This document shows positions 29,952-40,008 of a stretch of 64,000 nucleotides of DNA, in pieces (within the stretch, counting starts at the first letter, position 1; every line of letters starts with the position of its first letter). This stretch comes from Pseudomonadota bacterium (GTDB taxonomy: Bacteria; Bdellovibrionota_B; Oligoflexia; Oligoflexales; CAIYRB01): NCBI GenBank assembly GCA_031416315.1, contig JANOTL010000115.1, positions 1-64,000 on the forward strand, given 5' to 3'. The notes beneath the pieces are model-generated. The model made no database searches and was not told where the DNA came from. It saw nothing but the letters and a program-made list of their open reading frames with translations. Made by a program: the position numbers and the translations under genes.

Positions 29952-31978
29952 TTCGCGGGAGTCCAGCTCGGTTCCAACACGGGCTCGAAGATCTTCGACT
30001 CGCAAAAGAGCTTGAACAGCTCGCGGTCGATCTTCCCGCCTTTGACTTCCATGTCGAGAATGTCGAGCGCGCGATCGACGGGTACGGCCTTCTTGTAGGG
30101 ACGATCGGCGGCCGTGAGCGCGTCGAAGATGTCGGCGATGGTCATCATCCGCGTTTGCGCCGGGATCTCGTCGGCCTCGGCCGAGGTCGGGTACCCGGAG
30201 CCGTCGAGCTTCTCGTGATGCTTGGCGGCGATCTGTGGCACGTTCGCGAGCTTCTTGCCCCATGGGATCTGGCGCAGGAACTCGTAGGTATTGGTGACGT
30301 GGCTCTGGATTTCCGCAAACTCCTCGCGCGTCAAGGAGCCGCGCGACACGGAGAGCGCTTTCAGCTCCTCGCTCGTCAAGTACGCGTGCTTGTCGCCGCG
30401 CATGTTCTTGAAGTGGAGGTTGGCGATGTCCTTCAGCTTCTCGAAGCCGCCCTGCTCCAAGACCGTCGGCTCGTTCGCCTTGGCGATGAACTTCAGGAAC
30501 TCCTCGAGCTCGCCGACCTTCTGGTTTTTCTCGTACTCGAAGGTGTAGGGGTTGGCGCCCATCGGGAAATGGTCGGGGGATTGTAGATACTCGATGACAC
30601 GGCGCAGGTAGTCGATCTCGATCACCGAGCGGATCGAGTCGAAGCGGGTGAGGAGGCGGTCCATCTCCCACGGATGCAGCTTCTTCGCCTTGATCAGCAC
30701 GTTCTCGCGGACGCCGACCTTGCCGAAGTCGTGGAGGAGGGAGGCGTATTCGATCTCTTGCAGCTGGTTGTCGTTGAAGAAGCTGTCCTTGTACGGGCCT
30801 GACTCGGCGCGGTTCACGACCTTGGCCAGCTCGCGGGTGATGTAGGCGACGCGGTGGCTGTGGCCGGAGGTCGTCGGATCCCGTTGCTCGATGGCCTTGA
30901 CCGACGCGTTGACGAAGCCGTCGAAGAGCTCCTGGATGTTCGCCTGCATGTTGGCGTTTTCCAGCGCGATCCCTGCTTGCTGGGCGACGAGCTCGGCCAT
31001 CTCCTGGTCGATCTCGTCGAACGGGATCACTTGCGCTTCGAAGTCTTCCGGCGCCTTCAGCTGCGCCTTCTTGTCCTTCTTGCGGTTGATCAGCTGGATG
31101 ACGCCGATGACGTTGTGGCTGATGTCGAACATCGGCACGGTCATCATCGAGTGCGATTCGTAGCCCGAGCGCTGGTCCCAGGTGCGGTCGTGGCGCGTCC
31201 CGTAGGGGTTGTCTTTGGGATCGGCCGAGAGCCGATAGAGGTCTGGGATGTTGATCGTGGCTTCGTGGATGCAGGCGTTGCCGACGACCGAGCCCTCGTT
31301 GACGGGCATCACGAACTCAGAGAGGTTTTGCTTGATCGAGTGGTTCTGCGTGAAGCGGAAGCGGAGCGTCCCGTCGCGGACGTTGTCGGTCGGCGAGTCG
31401 ACGGTATAGATCGAGCCGGCGTCGGCGCTGACGATGTCTCTCGCCTTGCTCAGAATCTGGTTGAGGAGCTTCGGAATGTCGCGCTCGCCGTTCAGCTCGC
31501 GGGAGATCGACATCACGTACTTGACGTTCTTGTTGGCCTCCTCGATCTCCGAGGACTGCGCCTTCGTGTGGGCGACGAGCGTCATGAGGTTGTGGACGCT
31601 GCCGAGCACGGCCGTAAGGTTCAAGCGGTTGAGCGGCAGGCCGAGCTGCTGAATGTCGGGGCGCTTCAGCTCCGAAGGGAACTCGGCGAACTCGGCCTCG
31701 TTGCCGATGGCGACGAGGGCGATCCCAGCCGCGCCCGCTTGCTCGATATACGGCATGCGGCGCTCGAGGCTCGTCCAGACGCGCGAGCCGAGGAGCACCT
31801 GCGTGAGACCGTCTCGCGTCAGGGACAGGACGTCCGTCTCGGGCGACTCGAGCTTGTAGCCCCTGAATGCCGGCTCGGAATAGGCGGCGGCGCACAGCTC
31901 CTCGAAGGAATTGAGGACGGGGCGGGCATCAGCTTCTAGCTGGACGGCGGGGGCCAGCTTCTGAGGCGACGTGGTCAT
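29948..31978 (-). CDS. GAF + HD-GYP cyclic-dinucleotide phosphodiesterase
   Basis: GAF (ADAGSIY...IGVIQLINRK), RDPTTSGHSHRVA, LLHDFGK, HHEKLDGSGYP, IADIFDALT-DRPYKK. Confidence 0.92.
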   Translation of the reverse strand: MTTSPQKLAPAVQLEADARPVLNSFEELCAAAYSEPAFRGYKLESPETDVLSLTRDGLTQVLLGSRVWTSLERRMPYIEQAGAAGIALVAIGNEAEFAEFPSELKRPDIQQLGLPLNRLNLTAVLGSVHNLMTLVAHTKAQSSEIEEANKNVKYVMSISRELNGERDIPKLLNQILSKARDIVSADAGSIYTVDSPTDNVRDGTLRFRFTQNHSIKQNLSEFVMPVNEGSVVGNACIHEATINIPDLYRLSADPKDNPYGTRHDRTWDQRSGYESHSMMTVPMFDISHNVIGVIQLINRKKDKKAQLKAPEDFEAQVIPFDEIDQEMAELVAQQAGIALENANMQANIQELFDGFVNASVKAIEQRDPTTSGHSHRVAYITRELAKVVNRAESGPYKDSFFNDNQLQEIEYASLLHDFGKVGVRENVLIKAKKLHPWEMDRLLTRFDSIRSVIEIDYLRRVIEYLQSPDHFPMGANPYTFEYEKNQKVGELEEFLKFIAKANEPTVLEQGGFEKLKDIANLHFKNMRGDKHAYLTSEELKALSVSRGSLTREEFAEIQSHVTNTYEFLRQIPWGKKLANVPQIAAKHHEKLDGSGYPTSAEADEIPAQTRMMTIADIFDALTAADRPYKKAVPVDRALDILDMEVKGGKIDRELFKLFCESKIFEPVLEPSWTPAK

Positions 31979-32080
31979 GGCCGCTCGAGCTCCCGGCGAC
32001 AAACGAATTTAATGGGGAAGGGATTGCTTCCATTTTATGGTATCACGTCCCGAATCACCACCACCGCGGGCGGGGAACGT

Positions 32081-32803
32081 ATGGACTACGGCATCATCGT
32101 CGACCTCGAGACGACCGGGCTCACGGCCGGAGAAGACCGGATCATCGAGATCGGCCTCTTGGAGTTTCTCGTAGACGGCGAAGGGAAGCCGATCGTCACG
32201 CGCTCTTACGGCGCGCTGCAGGATCCGGGCGTGCCGCTCGCGCCCGAGGTGGCCAAGATCACCGGGCTCGCCGACGCCCACCTGGCCGGTCAAAGGATCG
32301 ACTGGGACATCGTCCGTGGCTTCTTCGAGCGGGCCGAGATCGTCATCGCGCACAACGCTACCTTCGACCGCGGCTTCATCGAATGCTGCGCCGAGCTGGA
32401 AAGCCTGAAGGAAAGGCGCCTCCACTGGGCCTGCTCGATGCGCCACGTCGATTGGCGCGGCCACGGCTTCGGCACGCAGTCCTTGAACTACCTCGCCGCC
32501 GACCACGGTTTCGTGAATCCCTTCGCGCACCGCGCCCTCTTCGACTGCGCCACGACGTTCCGACTCGTCGCGCCTTACCTCCAAGAGCTCATCGCGCGCA
32601 GCTACGAGCGGGAATATGCGGTCAAAGCGTACGCGTCGCCCTTCGAGTCGAAGGACGTCCTGCGCGGCCGCGGCTACCGGTGGGACCCCGAGGAGCGCGT
32701 TTGGGGCAAGGTCGTGTCCGAGACGAAGCTCGAGGAAGAGCGCACGTTTCTCGCGAACGAGGTCTACAAAGGCAAGCCCGCGCACCGTGAGATGCAGCTC
32801 TAG
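32081..32803 (+). CDS. DEDDh 3'-5' exonuclease (DnaQ/epsilon-like)
   Basis: IVDLETTG, IAHNATFDRGF, AHRALFDC. Confidence 0.9.
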   Translation: MDYGIIVDLETTGLTAGEDRIIEIGLLEFLVDGEGKPIVTRSYGALQDPGVPLAPEVAKITGLADAHLAGQRIDWDIVRGFFERAEIVIAHNATFDRGFIECCAELESLKERRLHWACSMRHVDWRGHGFGTQSLNYLAADHGFVNPFAHRALFDCATTFRLVAPYLQELIARSYEREYAVKAYASPFESKDVLRGRGYRWDPEERVWGKVVSETKLEEERTFLANEVYKGKPAHREMQL

Positions 32804-32812
32804 CCGCGCGGC

Positions 32813-33442
32813 TCAGGGCGCTTCGATCTTGCTCATGTACCGCTTCTTTACGTACGCGAAGACGAAGAAGGCGACGACCAGGACGGCCAAGGACACGTAG
32901 ATCCCGTACTGGAACTGGCGCATCTTCACCTCGAGCTCCTCGAGGTTCTCGCCGAACTTGTGGCCGATCCAGATCCAAAGGGGGACGGAGATCAGAGCCG
33001 CAGAGCCGTCGAGCAGGAAGAACTTCCACGCCCTCACCTGGTAGATCCCGCTCGTCAGGAAAATCGGCGTGCGCAGGCCCGGCATGAAGCGACCCATGAA
33101 GATCACTTTGTCGCCGTACTTGTGGAAGATGCCTTGCACCTTCTTGTCGCGCGCCTCGGTGAAGATGCGCTTGAAGATGCCTTTCTTCTTGATGCCGGGG
33201 CCGAAATGCCGGCCGATGCCGAAGATGATGCCGTCGCCGACGAGAACTCCCGCCATGCAAACGACGTTGACCATCCAGTAGTCGGTGATGCCGCGTGCCG
33301 AGAGGATCCCGCCCGTGATCAGGACGATGTCTTCGGGCATCGGCAAGCCGAAGCCACAGGCCAGCAAGATCCCAAACATCATGAAGTACGATTGCGTCCC
33401 GTACGGCGTGATGAAGGCGAGGAGCTTGAGGAGGAGCTGCAT
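32813..33442 (-). CDS. DedA family membrane protein
   Basis: GFGLPMPEDIVLITGG, GVLVGD, GRFMPGLR. Confidence 0.92.
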   Translation of the reverse strand: MQLLLKLLAFITPYGTQSYFMMFGILLACGFGLPMPEDIVLITGGILSARGITDYWMVNVVCMAGVLVGDGIIFGIGRHFGPGIKKKGIFKRIFTEARDKKVQGIFHKYGDKVIFMGRFMPGLRTPIFLTSGIYQVRAWKFFLLDGSAALISVPLWIWIGHKFGENLEELEVKMRQFQYGIYVSLAVLVVAFFVFAYVKKRYMSKIEAP

Positions 33443-33462
33443 CTATGGCCCGGTGATACAGC

Positions 33463-33831
33463 TCAGCGAAGCTGCTGGACGAGCGATTTGACGCCCGAAA
33501 GTTTGTCTTTGATCCAGCCGGCCTTGACGTCGAGCGAGCCCAGGACGATGGCTGCCGTGGCGGCCGCCGTCACCGAGAAGGAGCACAGTCCGACGAGGCT
33601 CAGAACGAGCAACCCGCGGCCGATACCGCCCGCGGCCTTTTTCCGCAAGGCCACAGACCTCTTCGCGGCCGTCTTGGGCGCAGCCTCGGCCGTCTGCGTC
33701 CGTGGCTCCAAGGAGCGCGCCGGCAGGGGCGGGAGCTTGCCCTCGATCGGCGCCGGATCGCGCGAGCGCGCGCCGTCCAGACCGACGGGGATGTCGGGAA
33801 GATCCGAAGGGTCGAGTTTGCGAGCGGCCAT
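33463..33831 (-). CDS. Hypothetical membrane-anchored protein
   Basis: Pro-rich N-terminus, one C-terminal TM; co-oriented with its neighbours. Confidence 0.5.
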   Translation of the reverse strand: MAARKLDPSDLPDIPVGLDGARSRDPAPIEGKLPPLPARSLEPRTQTAEAAPKTAAKRSVALRKKAAGGIGRGLLVLSLVGLCSFSVTAAATAAIVLGSLDVKAGWIKDKLSGVKSLVQQLR

Positions 33832-33882
33832 GAAGTAAGATCCGTCCGGATGGCAGTAACGACGAAAGCTGGATCGACCTTC

Positions 33883-36093
33883 TCAAGTTAGCACGGGAGG
33901 CGGAGGGCCAGGAACGTGGCGGATTTTGCCGAGCGCCGAGATCACGGCCGCGCCCGGCGCGCTGCGCGCCAAACGCACGTCGCGCACGGTCGGCTTCAAG
34001 CCCGCCGCGGCGATCTCCGTCGGCACGGCCAAAGGTGAGAGCTTGGCGCAATCAATCGAGCCAAGATCCGCCGCGCCGTGGTGGAGGGCCAGAGCGGCAA
34101 ATTTTTCCGCCGGATGCTGCGTCTTGGCGGTGCCGAGGCCGCGCGCCGGGCTCACCGTCGGGATCTCCGCCAAGGGAGCGATGATGAGAGGCACGCCGCG
34201 CGCCGCGAGGCGGGCGATCGCGATGGCACGGAGGTACTCGGTCGCCGTTACGAAGCTTCCGGAGGAAACGGTGACCGCAAGCCCAAGGAGGCCGCCGGTG
34301 TCGCCGCGCGCCTCCGCCAATTCGGCGAGCACTTGCGCTCTGCGCGCGAAGCGCTCCCAAAACGGTGCCCCGGAGCCGTTTTCAGGCGCGTCCAGCTCGA
34401 GTTTCGCGATGGTGACCAGCTCTGCGGCATGCGCGGCGCGGTGCAGGTCGAAGAGCTCGCCGGTCGTGAGATCGCGCTCGCTCTCACGTGGGCTCGACTC
34501 GACGGCGTCGACGCCCGCTTCGGCCAGGCGTTGAAAGATCTCGCTGGGGTCGACCTCGGCGGCGGTCGCGACGCGCCACAAGGCCTTAAAGCCCCAGAGG
34601 GAGAGCTCGAGGTCGGGGTACGTGTGCTGCAAGGCGAAGCAGGCTTCGATGAGCTGCGACGGATCCGCCGCCTCGTGGTCGCCGTCGACGCAGAGGTCGA
34701 GCGAGATCCCATGCGGCGCCGATTGGAAGCGCTCGCGCGCCTCGTCGATCTCTTTGGCGACGGCCGAAACGAGCTCGCCCGGCGTGGCTCCCGGCCGCCA
34801 TGAGACGACGACGGTCGGCGCGTAGCTGCCTTCGCCCGCATGCGCCGTGGCTTCCCGCGTCGCGAGCGCCAAGCGGCTGAGCTCGGCGATCGGAAGCGTC
34901 GCGGCCAAGATCGCCAGCTCGGAGGCCTCGAGCGCGTCGCGGCCGATCTCCGCTTTCGTCACCAGGGCCTGCGCGGCCGCGAGATCTTTCTCGGTGCCGT
35001 GGGCCTCTCCCGAAGGCGTCCCGATCGCCCGGTAGAGCGTGTCGCGCTCGCACGGGATGCGACCGGCTTTGCGGATCATGCTCTCAAGGAAGCCGCGCTC
35101 CATCGCCATGCCCGAGCGGCCGCCGGCCATGCGCGAGATCTTCTCCTCGAGGACCGTGCCGTCGAGGTCGTTCGCGCCGTAGTTCAGCGCGATCTGCGCC
35201 ACGTCCTGGCCGAGCATGACCCAGTAAGCTTTGAGGTGCTTGAAGTTGTCGAGGTAGAGGCGGGCGACCGCGATGGTCTTCAGGTCGTCGTAGCCGAACG
35301 TGTAACGGTCGATCCCCATCTCGTTCTGGAAGGGCTGGAACGCGAGCGGGATGAAGGCGTTGAAGCCGTGGGTCTCGTCCTGCAGCTCGCGCAGGCGACG
35401 CATGTGGTCGACGCGGTGCTCGTACCGCTCGATGTGGCCGTAGAGCATCGTGCAGTTCGAATGCATGCCTAGATTGTGCGCGGTGCGGTGCGTGTCGATC
35501 CATTGCTCGGCCGACACCTTGGTGTCGCAGATCGCGTCGCGGATCTCCGGGTGGAAGATCTCGGCGCCGCCGCCGGGCAGAGAGCCCAGTCCGACCGAGC
35601 GTAGGTCCTCGAGCGTCTCTTTGATCGACTTCCTGGCACGGCGCGCGAGCCAGTCCAGCTCGACGGCCGTGAAGGCCTTGATGTGCACTTGCGGGAACGC
35701 CGTCTTCACGGCAGCGATCATGTCGCGGTAGTAGTCGTACTTCCAACGCGGGTGGAGACCTCCGACCATATGGACTTCGGTCGCCCCCTGCGCCACCGCT
35801 TCACCGGCTTTCGTCACCATCTCTTCTATGGTGTAGGCGTAGCCGCCCTCCTCGCCCGGCTTGCGCGAGTATGCGCAAAACTTGCAGCTCAAAGCGCAGA
35901 TGTTCGTCGGGTTGATGTGGCGGTTGACGTTGAAGAAGACGACGTCGTCGTTTTTCTTGCGGTTCTCGGCGTCGGCCAGGCGACCGATCTCGGTCAGCTC
36001 GGGCGACTCGAAAAGGGCCAGGGCGTCGGCCTCGGAGAGGCGCTGGCCCATTTCGAGCTTTTTCGCGACGACGTCGATGATGTGTTGCGTCAT
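33883..36093 (-). CDS. mqnE: Aminofutalosine synthase MqnE (radical SAM) fused to a degenerate CofH/MqnC-like domain
   Basis: NRHINPTNICALSCKFCAY, EVHMVGGLHP, HIKAFTAVE, SLPGGGAE, HLKAYWVM, GANDLDGTVLEEKI; about 370 extra C-terminal residues. Confidence 0.88.
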   Translation of the reverse strand: MTQHIIDVVAKKLEMGQRLSEADALALFESPELTEIGRLADAENRKKNDDVVFFNVNRHINPTNICALSCKFCAYSRKPGEEGGYAYTIEEMVTKAGEAVAQGATEVHMVGGLHPRWKYDYYRDMIAAVKTAFPQVHIKAFTAVELDWLARRARKSIKETLEDLRSVGLGSLPGGGAEIFHPEIRDAICDTKVSAEQWIDTHRTAHNLGMHSNCTMLYGHIERYEHRVDHMRRLRELQDETHGFNAFIPLAFQPFQNEMGIDRYTFGYDDLKTIAVARLYLDNFKHLKAYWVMLGQDVAQIALNYGANDLDGTVLEEKISRMAGGRSGMAMERGFLESMIRKAGRIPCERDTLYRAIGTPSGEAHGTEKDLAAAQALVTKAEIGRDALEASELAILAATLPIAELSRLALATREATAHAGEGSYAPTVVVSWRPGATPGELVSAVAKEIDEARERFQSAPHGISLDLCVDGDHEAADPSQLIEACFALQHTYPDLELSLWGFKALWRVATAAEVDPSEIFQRLAEAGVDAVESSPRESERDLTTGELFDLHRAAHAAELVTIAKLELDAPENGSGAPFWERFARRAQVLAELAEARGDTGGLLGLAVTVSSGSFVTATEYLRAIAIARLAARGVPLIIAPLAEIPTVSPARGLGTAKTQHPAEKFAALALHHGAADLGSIDCAKLSPLAVPTEIAAAGLKPTVRDVRLARSAPGAAVISALGKIRHVPGPPPPVLT

Positions 36094-36106
36094 GGGGGAG
36101 TGCTCC

Positions 36107-36958
36107 TCAGTCGATGAGCCAGGCGCGGTCAGGCCCGAGGCTTCGGCACAAGCCGGCCTCGGCGCCTACGGCGAAGAGGCGCTGAACCCCGGCGCGGGCG
36201 TCCTGCGCGAACTTGAGACTGCGCTCGTTCACGTACATGGAGATGTATTGGTCGCCGAGCGCCGCGTCGATCGCAGCACCCGACATCGTGAGCGCTTTTG
36301 CGAGCGTCGCCTCGCGATTTGCCAGGCCGTACTCGACGCTTTCGCGCATGATCGCGTTCACGTCCTTGATCACCGCGTCGCCGAGACCGCGACGGATGGC
36401 GTTCGCGCCGAGCGGCAAGGGCAGCCCGGTGGCCGCGTGCCAGAGCTTGCCCAAATCTCCGAGCTTCACGAAGCCCTTCGACTCGCAGTCGAGCTGCAGC
36501 TCGTGAATCAAGATTCCCGCGTCGACCTCTTCGGCCTGGACCGCGGGACCGATCTTGGTGAAGTGCATGGGGACCGCGGTGAAGCTGCCGATCAGGCCGC
36601 GCGCGGCGAAAAAGGCCGAAGTCTTCAGGCCCGGGACGGCGATACGCTTGCCTAAGAGCTCCGCTGGGCGCCGGAGCGGCGAGCCTTCGCGGACGATCAA
36701 GGCGGGACCGAATTCGTCGCCAACGCTGGCGCCGACGGGCATCATCAGATAGCGGTCGGAGAGGTCCGGATACGCCGCGACGCTGATGGCCGTGACGTCG
36801 TAGGTTTCGCGCATCGCGGCCTCGTTGAGCTCCTGGATGTCGGCCGAGGTGAACTCGAACTCGTAGCCCATGAGGTCGACGGCGCCGTCCTGCATGGCGC
36901 GCACCATGAAGGCATCATCCGTGTCGGGGCTGTAGGCGATGGTGATCTTCTGGCTCAA
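36107..36958 (-). CDS. mqnD: 1,4-dihydroxy-6-naphthoate synthase (MqnA/MqnD family)
   Basis: IAYSPDTDDAF, DIQELN, GILIHE, DLGKLW...LPLPLG, YISMYVNE; TTG start overlapping the mvk stop. Confidence 0.85.
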   Translation of the reverse strand: MSQKITIAYSPDTDDAFMVRAMQDGAVDLMGYEFEFTSADIQELNEAAMRETYDVTAISVAAYPDLSDRYLMMPVGASVGDEFGPALIVREGSPLRRPAELLGKRIAVPGLKTSAFFAARGLIGSFTAVPMHFTKIGPAVQAEEVDAGILIHELQLDCESKGFVKLGDLGKLWHAATGLPLPLGANAIRRGLGDAVIKDVNAIMRESVEYGLANREATLAKALTMSGAAIDAALGDQYISMYVNERSLKFAQDARAGVQRLFAVGAEAGLCRSLGPDRAWLID

Positions 36959-37932
36959 AGCTCGACTCCGTAGACGCGGTTGCGACCGAGGCTCTCGCGC
37001 AAGCGGTTGAGGTCGGAGTCGGCGCGCGCGGGATCGAGGAGCGCGAGCACGCAGCCTCCGCCGCCGGCGCCGGTGGATTTGGCCGCCTTGGCGCCGAGGC
37101 TCACCGCGAGCTCCGCGAGCTCTGCGAGCGGGCCGCTAACGACGCCGGCGTCGGCTAGGTGGCGGCCGGCTTCGTTCATCGCGGCGGCGACCGTGTCGAC
37201 TTTGGAGGCGGCGAGGCCTGCGGCGACGTCGTCGGCGAGCGCGTCGAAGCGCGCAATGCGGCGCGCGCCGTGCTCGCCCTGGAAATAGGGGGCCGCCACT
37301 TGGATCATCGTGGCGGTGGAGGAGCGCACGCCGCTATCTAGGAGCGCGAAGCGCCAAGGCGAGCGGACGGCGAGCAAGGTCGGCGCCTCGCCCTTCCGGA
37401 AAAAGGTGACGCGCTCGGCGGCGACGACGGCCGTGTCCAAGCCGGAGGGATTGCCGTGGAAACGCCGCTCGAGCGTGTTGCCGAGGGCGGCGAGCTGCGC
37501 GGGCGCCAAGGTCACGTTCTTCGCGGCCGCCAATGCCTTCAGGATGACGATGCAGAGCGAGGCGGAGGATCCCAATCCGGCGCCGATGGGCACGGTCGAT
37601 TGGCCCTCGAGATCCATCGCGAAGGGGCTCAGGCCGAGGAGCTCGCGCGCCTCTTTCACGACGCCTTCGAGGTGCTCGGTGACCGCGCGGCCGCCGAGCG
37701 AGATGCGCACGTCCGGCTCGCCCTGCGCGTTGCGCCGATCCGTGAGCTGTAGGCGCAGGCTCATCGTCAGGCTCGGCACCGGCATGGCGACGGCGCGGGC
37801 ACCGTAGACGACGGCATGCTCGCCGACGAGGATCGCCTTGCCGACGGCGGCCTTGCGCACGGCTTTCATCGTTTCGGGGACGGCGGCTGGGGCCGCATAG
37901 TCGTTGGAGAGCTCGAGTGGCGGAACGGTCAC
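36955..37932 (-). CDS. mvk: Mevalonate kinase
   Basis: GKAILVGEHAVVYG, PIGAGLGSSAS, FHGNPSGLD, KSTGAGGGGC. Confidence 0.9.
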   Translation of the reverse strand: MTVPPLELSNDYAAPAAVPETMKAVRKAAVGKAILVGEHAVVYGARAVAMPVPSLTMSLRLQLTDRRNAQGEPDVRISLGGRAVTEHLEGVVKEARELLGLSPFAMDLEGQSTVPIGAGLGSSASLCIVILKALAAAKNVTLAPAQLAALGNTLERRFHGNPSGLDTAVVAAERVTFFRKGEAPTLLAVRSPWRFALLDSGVRSSTATMIQVAAPYFQGEHGARRIARFDALADDVAAGLAASKVDTVAAAMNEAGRHLADAGVVSGPLAELAELAVSLGAKAAKSTGAGGGGCVLALLDPARADSDLNRLRESLGRNRVYGVEL

Positions 37933-38963
37933 GACGGCAAATCCTCTAGAGGATGGGAAGCGAGGCTCACGCCCTCGCCGATTTGATCTTGCAAAATGGA
38001 GCGGACGGCGGCGCCGAACCGCGCCTGGATCTTCGCGGTCACGGTGGCCGCGTCTTCCGGGCGACACAGAACGTGGACGTTCGGCCCCGCGTCGATGGTG
38101 AAATAAGCCTCGAACGAGCCGCGGGCGCGCTCCTCGCGCAGCCAAGCGCACAGCTCGACCGTCGCCGTCTCGAGGTAGCGCACCGGCGGCTCGGCCGTCA
38201 TGATCACGGCGTGCATCTCCAGGGCCTCGTGCTCGATCTCGATGCCGAGGCGCTCGAAATCGCCGGCGGCGAGGGCCGTCTCGATGCGTTTGAGGCGCTC
38301 GGGAAGGCCTGCGAGGCGCGGTCCGAAAAGGGGCGAGGTCCAGGCATGGCGGTGCGCCTCCGAGGAGGAGACGCGCTTTGCCTCCGCCTGTAGGACGACG
38401 ATGAGATCGGCGAGGGGAAAGGCCTCGGGCGCGAGGATGGGCCGCACGTCCTGACGCTCCGGCGCCGGACCGGCTTCCCACAGGACGTAGCCGCCGAAGA
38501 GGCTGCGGCAGGCGCTGCCGGAGCCCAGGCGCGCGATCGAGGCGAGGCGGGCGCGGGTGAAGCCGCGGCCTTCGAGCTGCGCCATATCCGGCGCGCCAAG
38601 GAGCGCCGCGGTACCGGCGAGCGTGAGCGCCGCAAAGCCGCTCGCACTGCTGGCGATGCCCGCGGCCGAAGGGAAGGTGTTCTGCGTCTCGATGCGCAAA
38701 TGGGCCGAAGCGCCGGTCTCACGGCGCAAGAGGTCGAGGTGGCGCATGACGCGCGCCGCTTCCTTCGCCTCGCGCGCGAGGCGTTGACCGCCGAATACGA
38801 ACTCGTCATGACCGGAGTCGACAATCATCGCGCGCGTCTCGGTGCGCGCGGCCGTCAGGGTCATCGAAAGAGAGTCGTTGGCGGGCCATTGGCGCGCAGC
38901 ATCGCGTTTTCCCCAGTATTTCACCAGGGCGATGTTGCTCGGGGCGACGGCGACGACGCTCAT
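37929..38963 (-). CDS. mvaD: Diphosphomevalonate decarboxylase
   Basis: APSNIALVKYWGKRD, AAGIASSASGFAA, ARLGSGSACRSLFGG, FTIDAGPNVH. Confidence 0.94.
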   Translation of the reverse strand: MSVVAVAPSNIALVKYWGKRDAARQWPANDSLSMTLTAARTETRAMIVDSGHDEFVFGGQRLAREAKEAARVMRHLDLLRRETGASAHLRIETQNTFPSAAGIASSASGFAALTLAGTAALLGAPDMAQLEGRGFTRARLASIARLGSGSACRSLFGGYVLWEAGPAPERQDVRPILAPEAFPLADLIVVLQAEAKRVSSSEAHRHAWTSPLFGPRLAGLPERLKRIETALAAGDFERLGIEIEHEALEMHAVIMTAEPPVRYLETATVELCAWLREERARGSFEAYFTIDAGPNVHVLCRPEDAATVTAKIQARFGAAVRSILQDQIGEGVSLASHPLEDLPS

Positions 38964-40006
38964 TCGACCAAGACTCCTTCGCTGGCGAAGCGCGCATTGA
39001 GCGGGTCCCAACCCATGCCATACAGCGCGAGCGTCGCCGGCGCGAGCCGCGTCTTCTCGCCGATCAGGAGGAGCGCATCCTCGCCGCCGGCGCCGGTGGT
39101 CTTGAAGGTCCAGGTCTCGCCCTCGCCCGGCAGGCGCTCGAGCGTCGAGCGCAGGTGCACGGGATCGTGCGGCGAGCCCGCGAAGATCGAGCGGTGCGTC
39201 GTCACGATCTCGATCAGCTCGCGCATGCTGCGGTGATCCTGGCGCTCGGAGAGGGCGACGCCGAAGGCCTGCGTCAGCTCCTCCGACACGGAGAGCACGG
39301 CGTCGAGGCGGCCTTCGCGCTCGAGCCAGGCCAGAGTATCGAGCATGACGGGGCCGGTCGGCGCGCCGCGGCCGCCGACGTAAGGGTGGACGATTTCGCG
39401 CAGGGGAAAGACGAGCTTCGGATAGCTCGACACCTCGACGGGCCAGGTGGCCTCGCTGTCCAGCTGACCGGAGCCGGGCCGATGCGTCGCCGGATTGCGG
39501 AAGCTGACGACGCCGCCCATCATTTGCGTCGCGACGTCGTAGCCGGAGGCCATCGATTGCGACAGCCGTTGGAGGCGCCAGGCCTCGCGCGCCAAATCCT
39601 GCGGCTGGAGGCGCTTGTCCTCCGCCGCGAGCGCGTTCGCCGCGGTCAGGACGCCCGCGCGCAAGGCCGACGAGGTGCCGACGCCGTGCTCGACGCGCAG
39701 CTCGGAGGTGACGGTGAAATGCACGTCAGCGAGCCCGAACATCTCCAAGGCCCGCGACGCGGCCTGCGCGAAGGGTTCGTTTTGGAGCTCCGGCGCCGGT
39801 TTTTCGCCGGCCGCCGGGACGGTCTTCTCGTCGGCCCAGATCTCGCTCGACAGCTTGGCGCCGCCCGAGACGGTGCCGGCCGCGAGCTGCAGGGCGGTGA
39901 CGGTGAGGCGCTTGTCGAGGGTGCCCGACAAGGCGCGGCCGCCGAAGAGGACGGCGTACTCGCCGGCCAGCATGATCTTTCCCGGCAGTGAGGCGACGGC
40001 TTTCAT
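38960..40006 (-). CDS. Phosphomevalonate kinase (GHMP family)
   Basis: PGKIMLAGEYAVL, GVGTSSAL, ASGYDVA, KTTGAGGED; lies inside the mevalonate operon. Confidence 0.82.
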   Translation of the reverse strand: MKAVASLPGKIMLAGEYAVLFGGRALSGTLDKRLTVTALQLAAGTVSGGAKLSSEIWADEKTVPAAGEKPAPELQNEPFAQAASRALEMFGLADVHFTVTSELRVEHGVGTSSALRAGVLTAANALAAEDKRLQPQDLAREAWRLQRLSQSMASGYDVATQMMGGVVSFRNPATHRPGSGQLDSEATWPVEVSSYPKLVFPLREIVHPYVGGRGAPTGPVMLDTLAWLEREGRLDAVLSVSEELTQAFGVALSERQDHRSMRELIEIVTTHRSIFAGSPHDPVHLRSTLERLPGEGETWTFKTTGAGGEDALLLIGEKTRLAPATLALYGMGWDPLNARFASEGVLVE

Positions 40007-40008
40007 GG

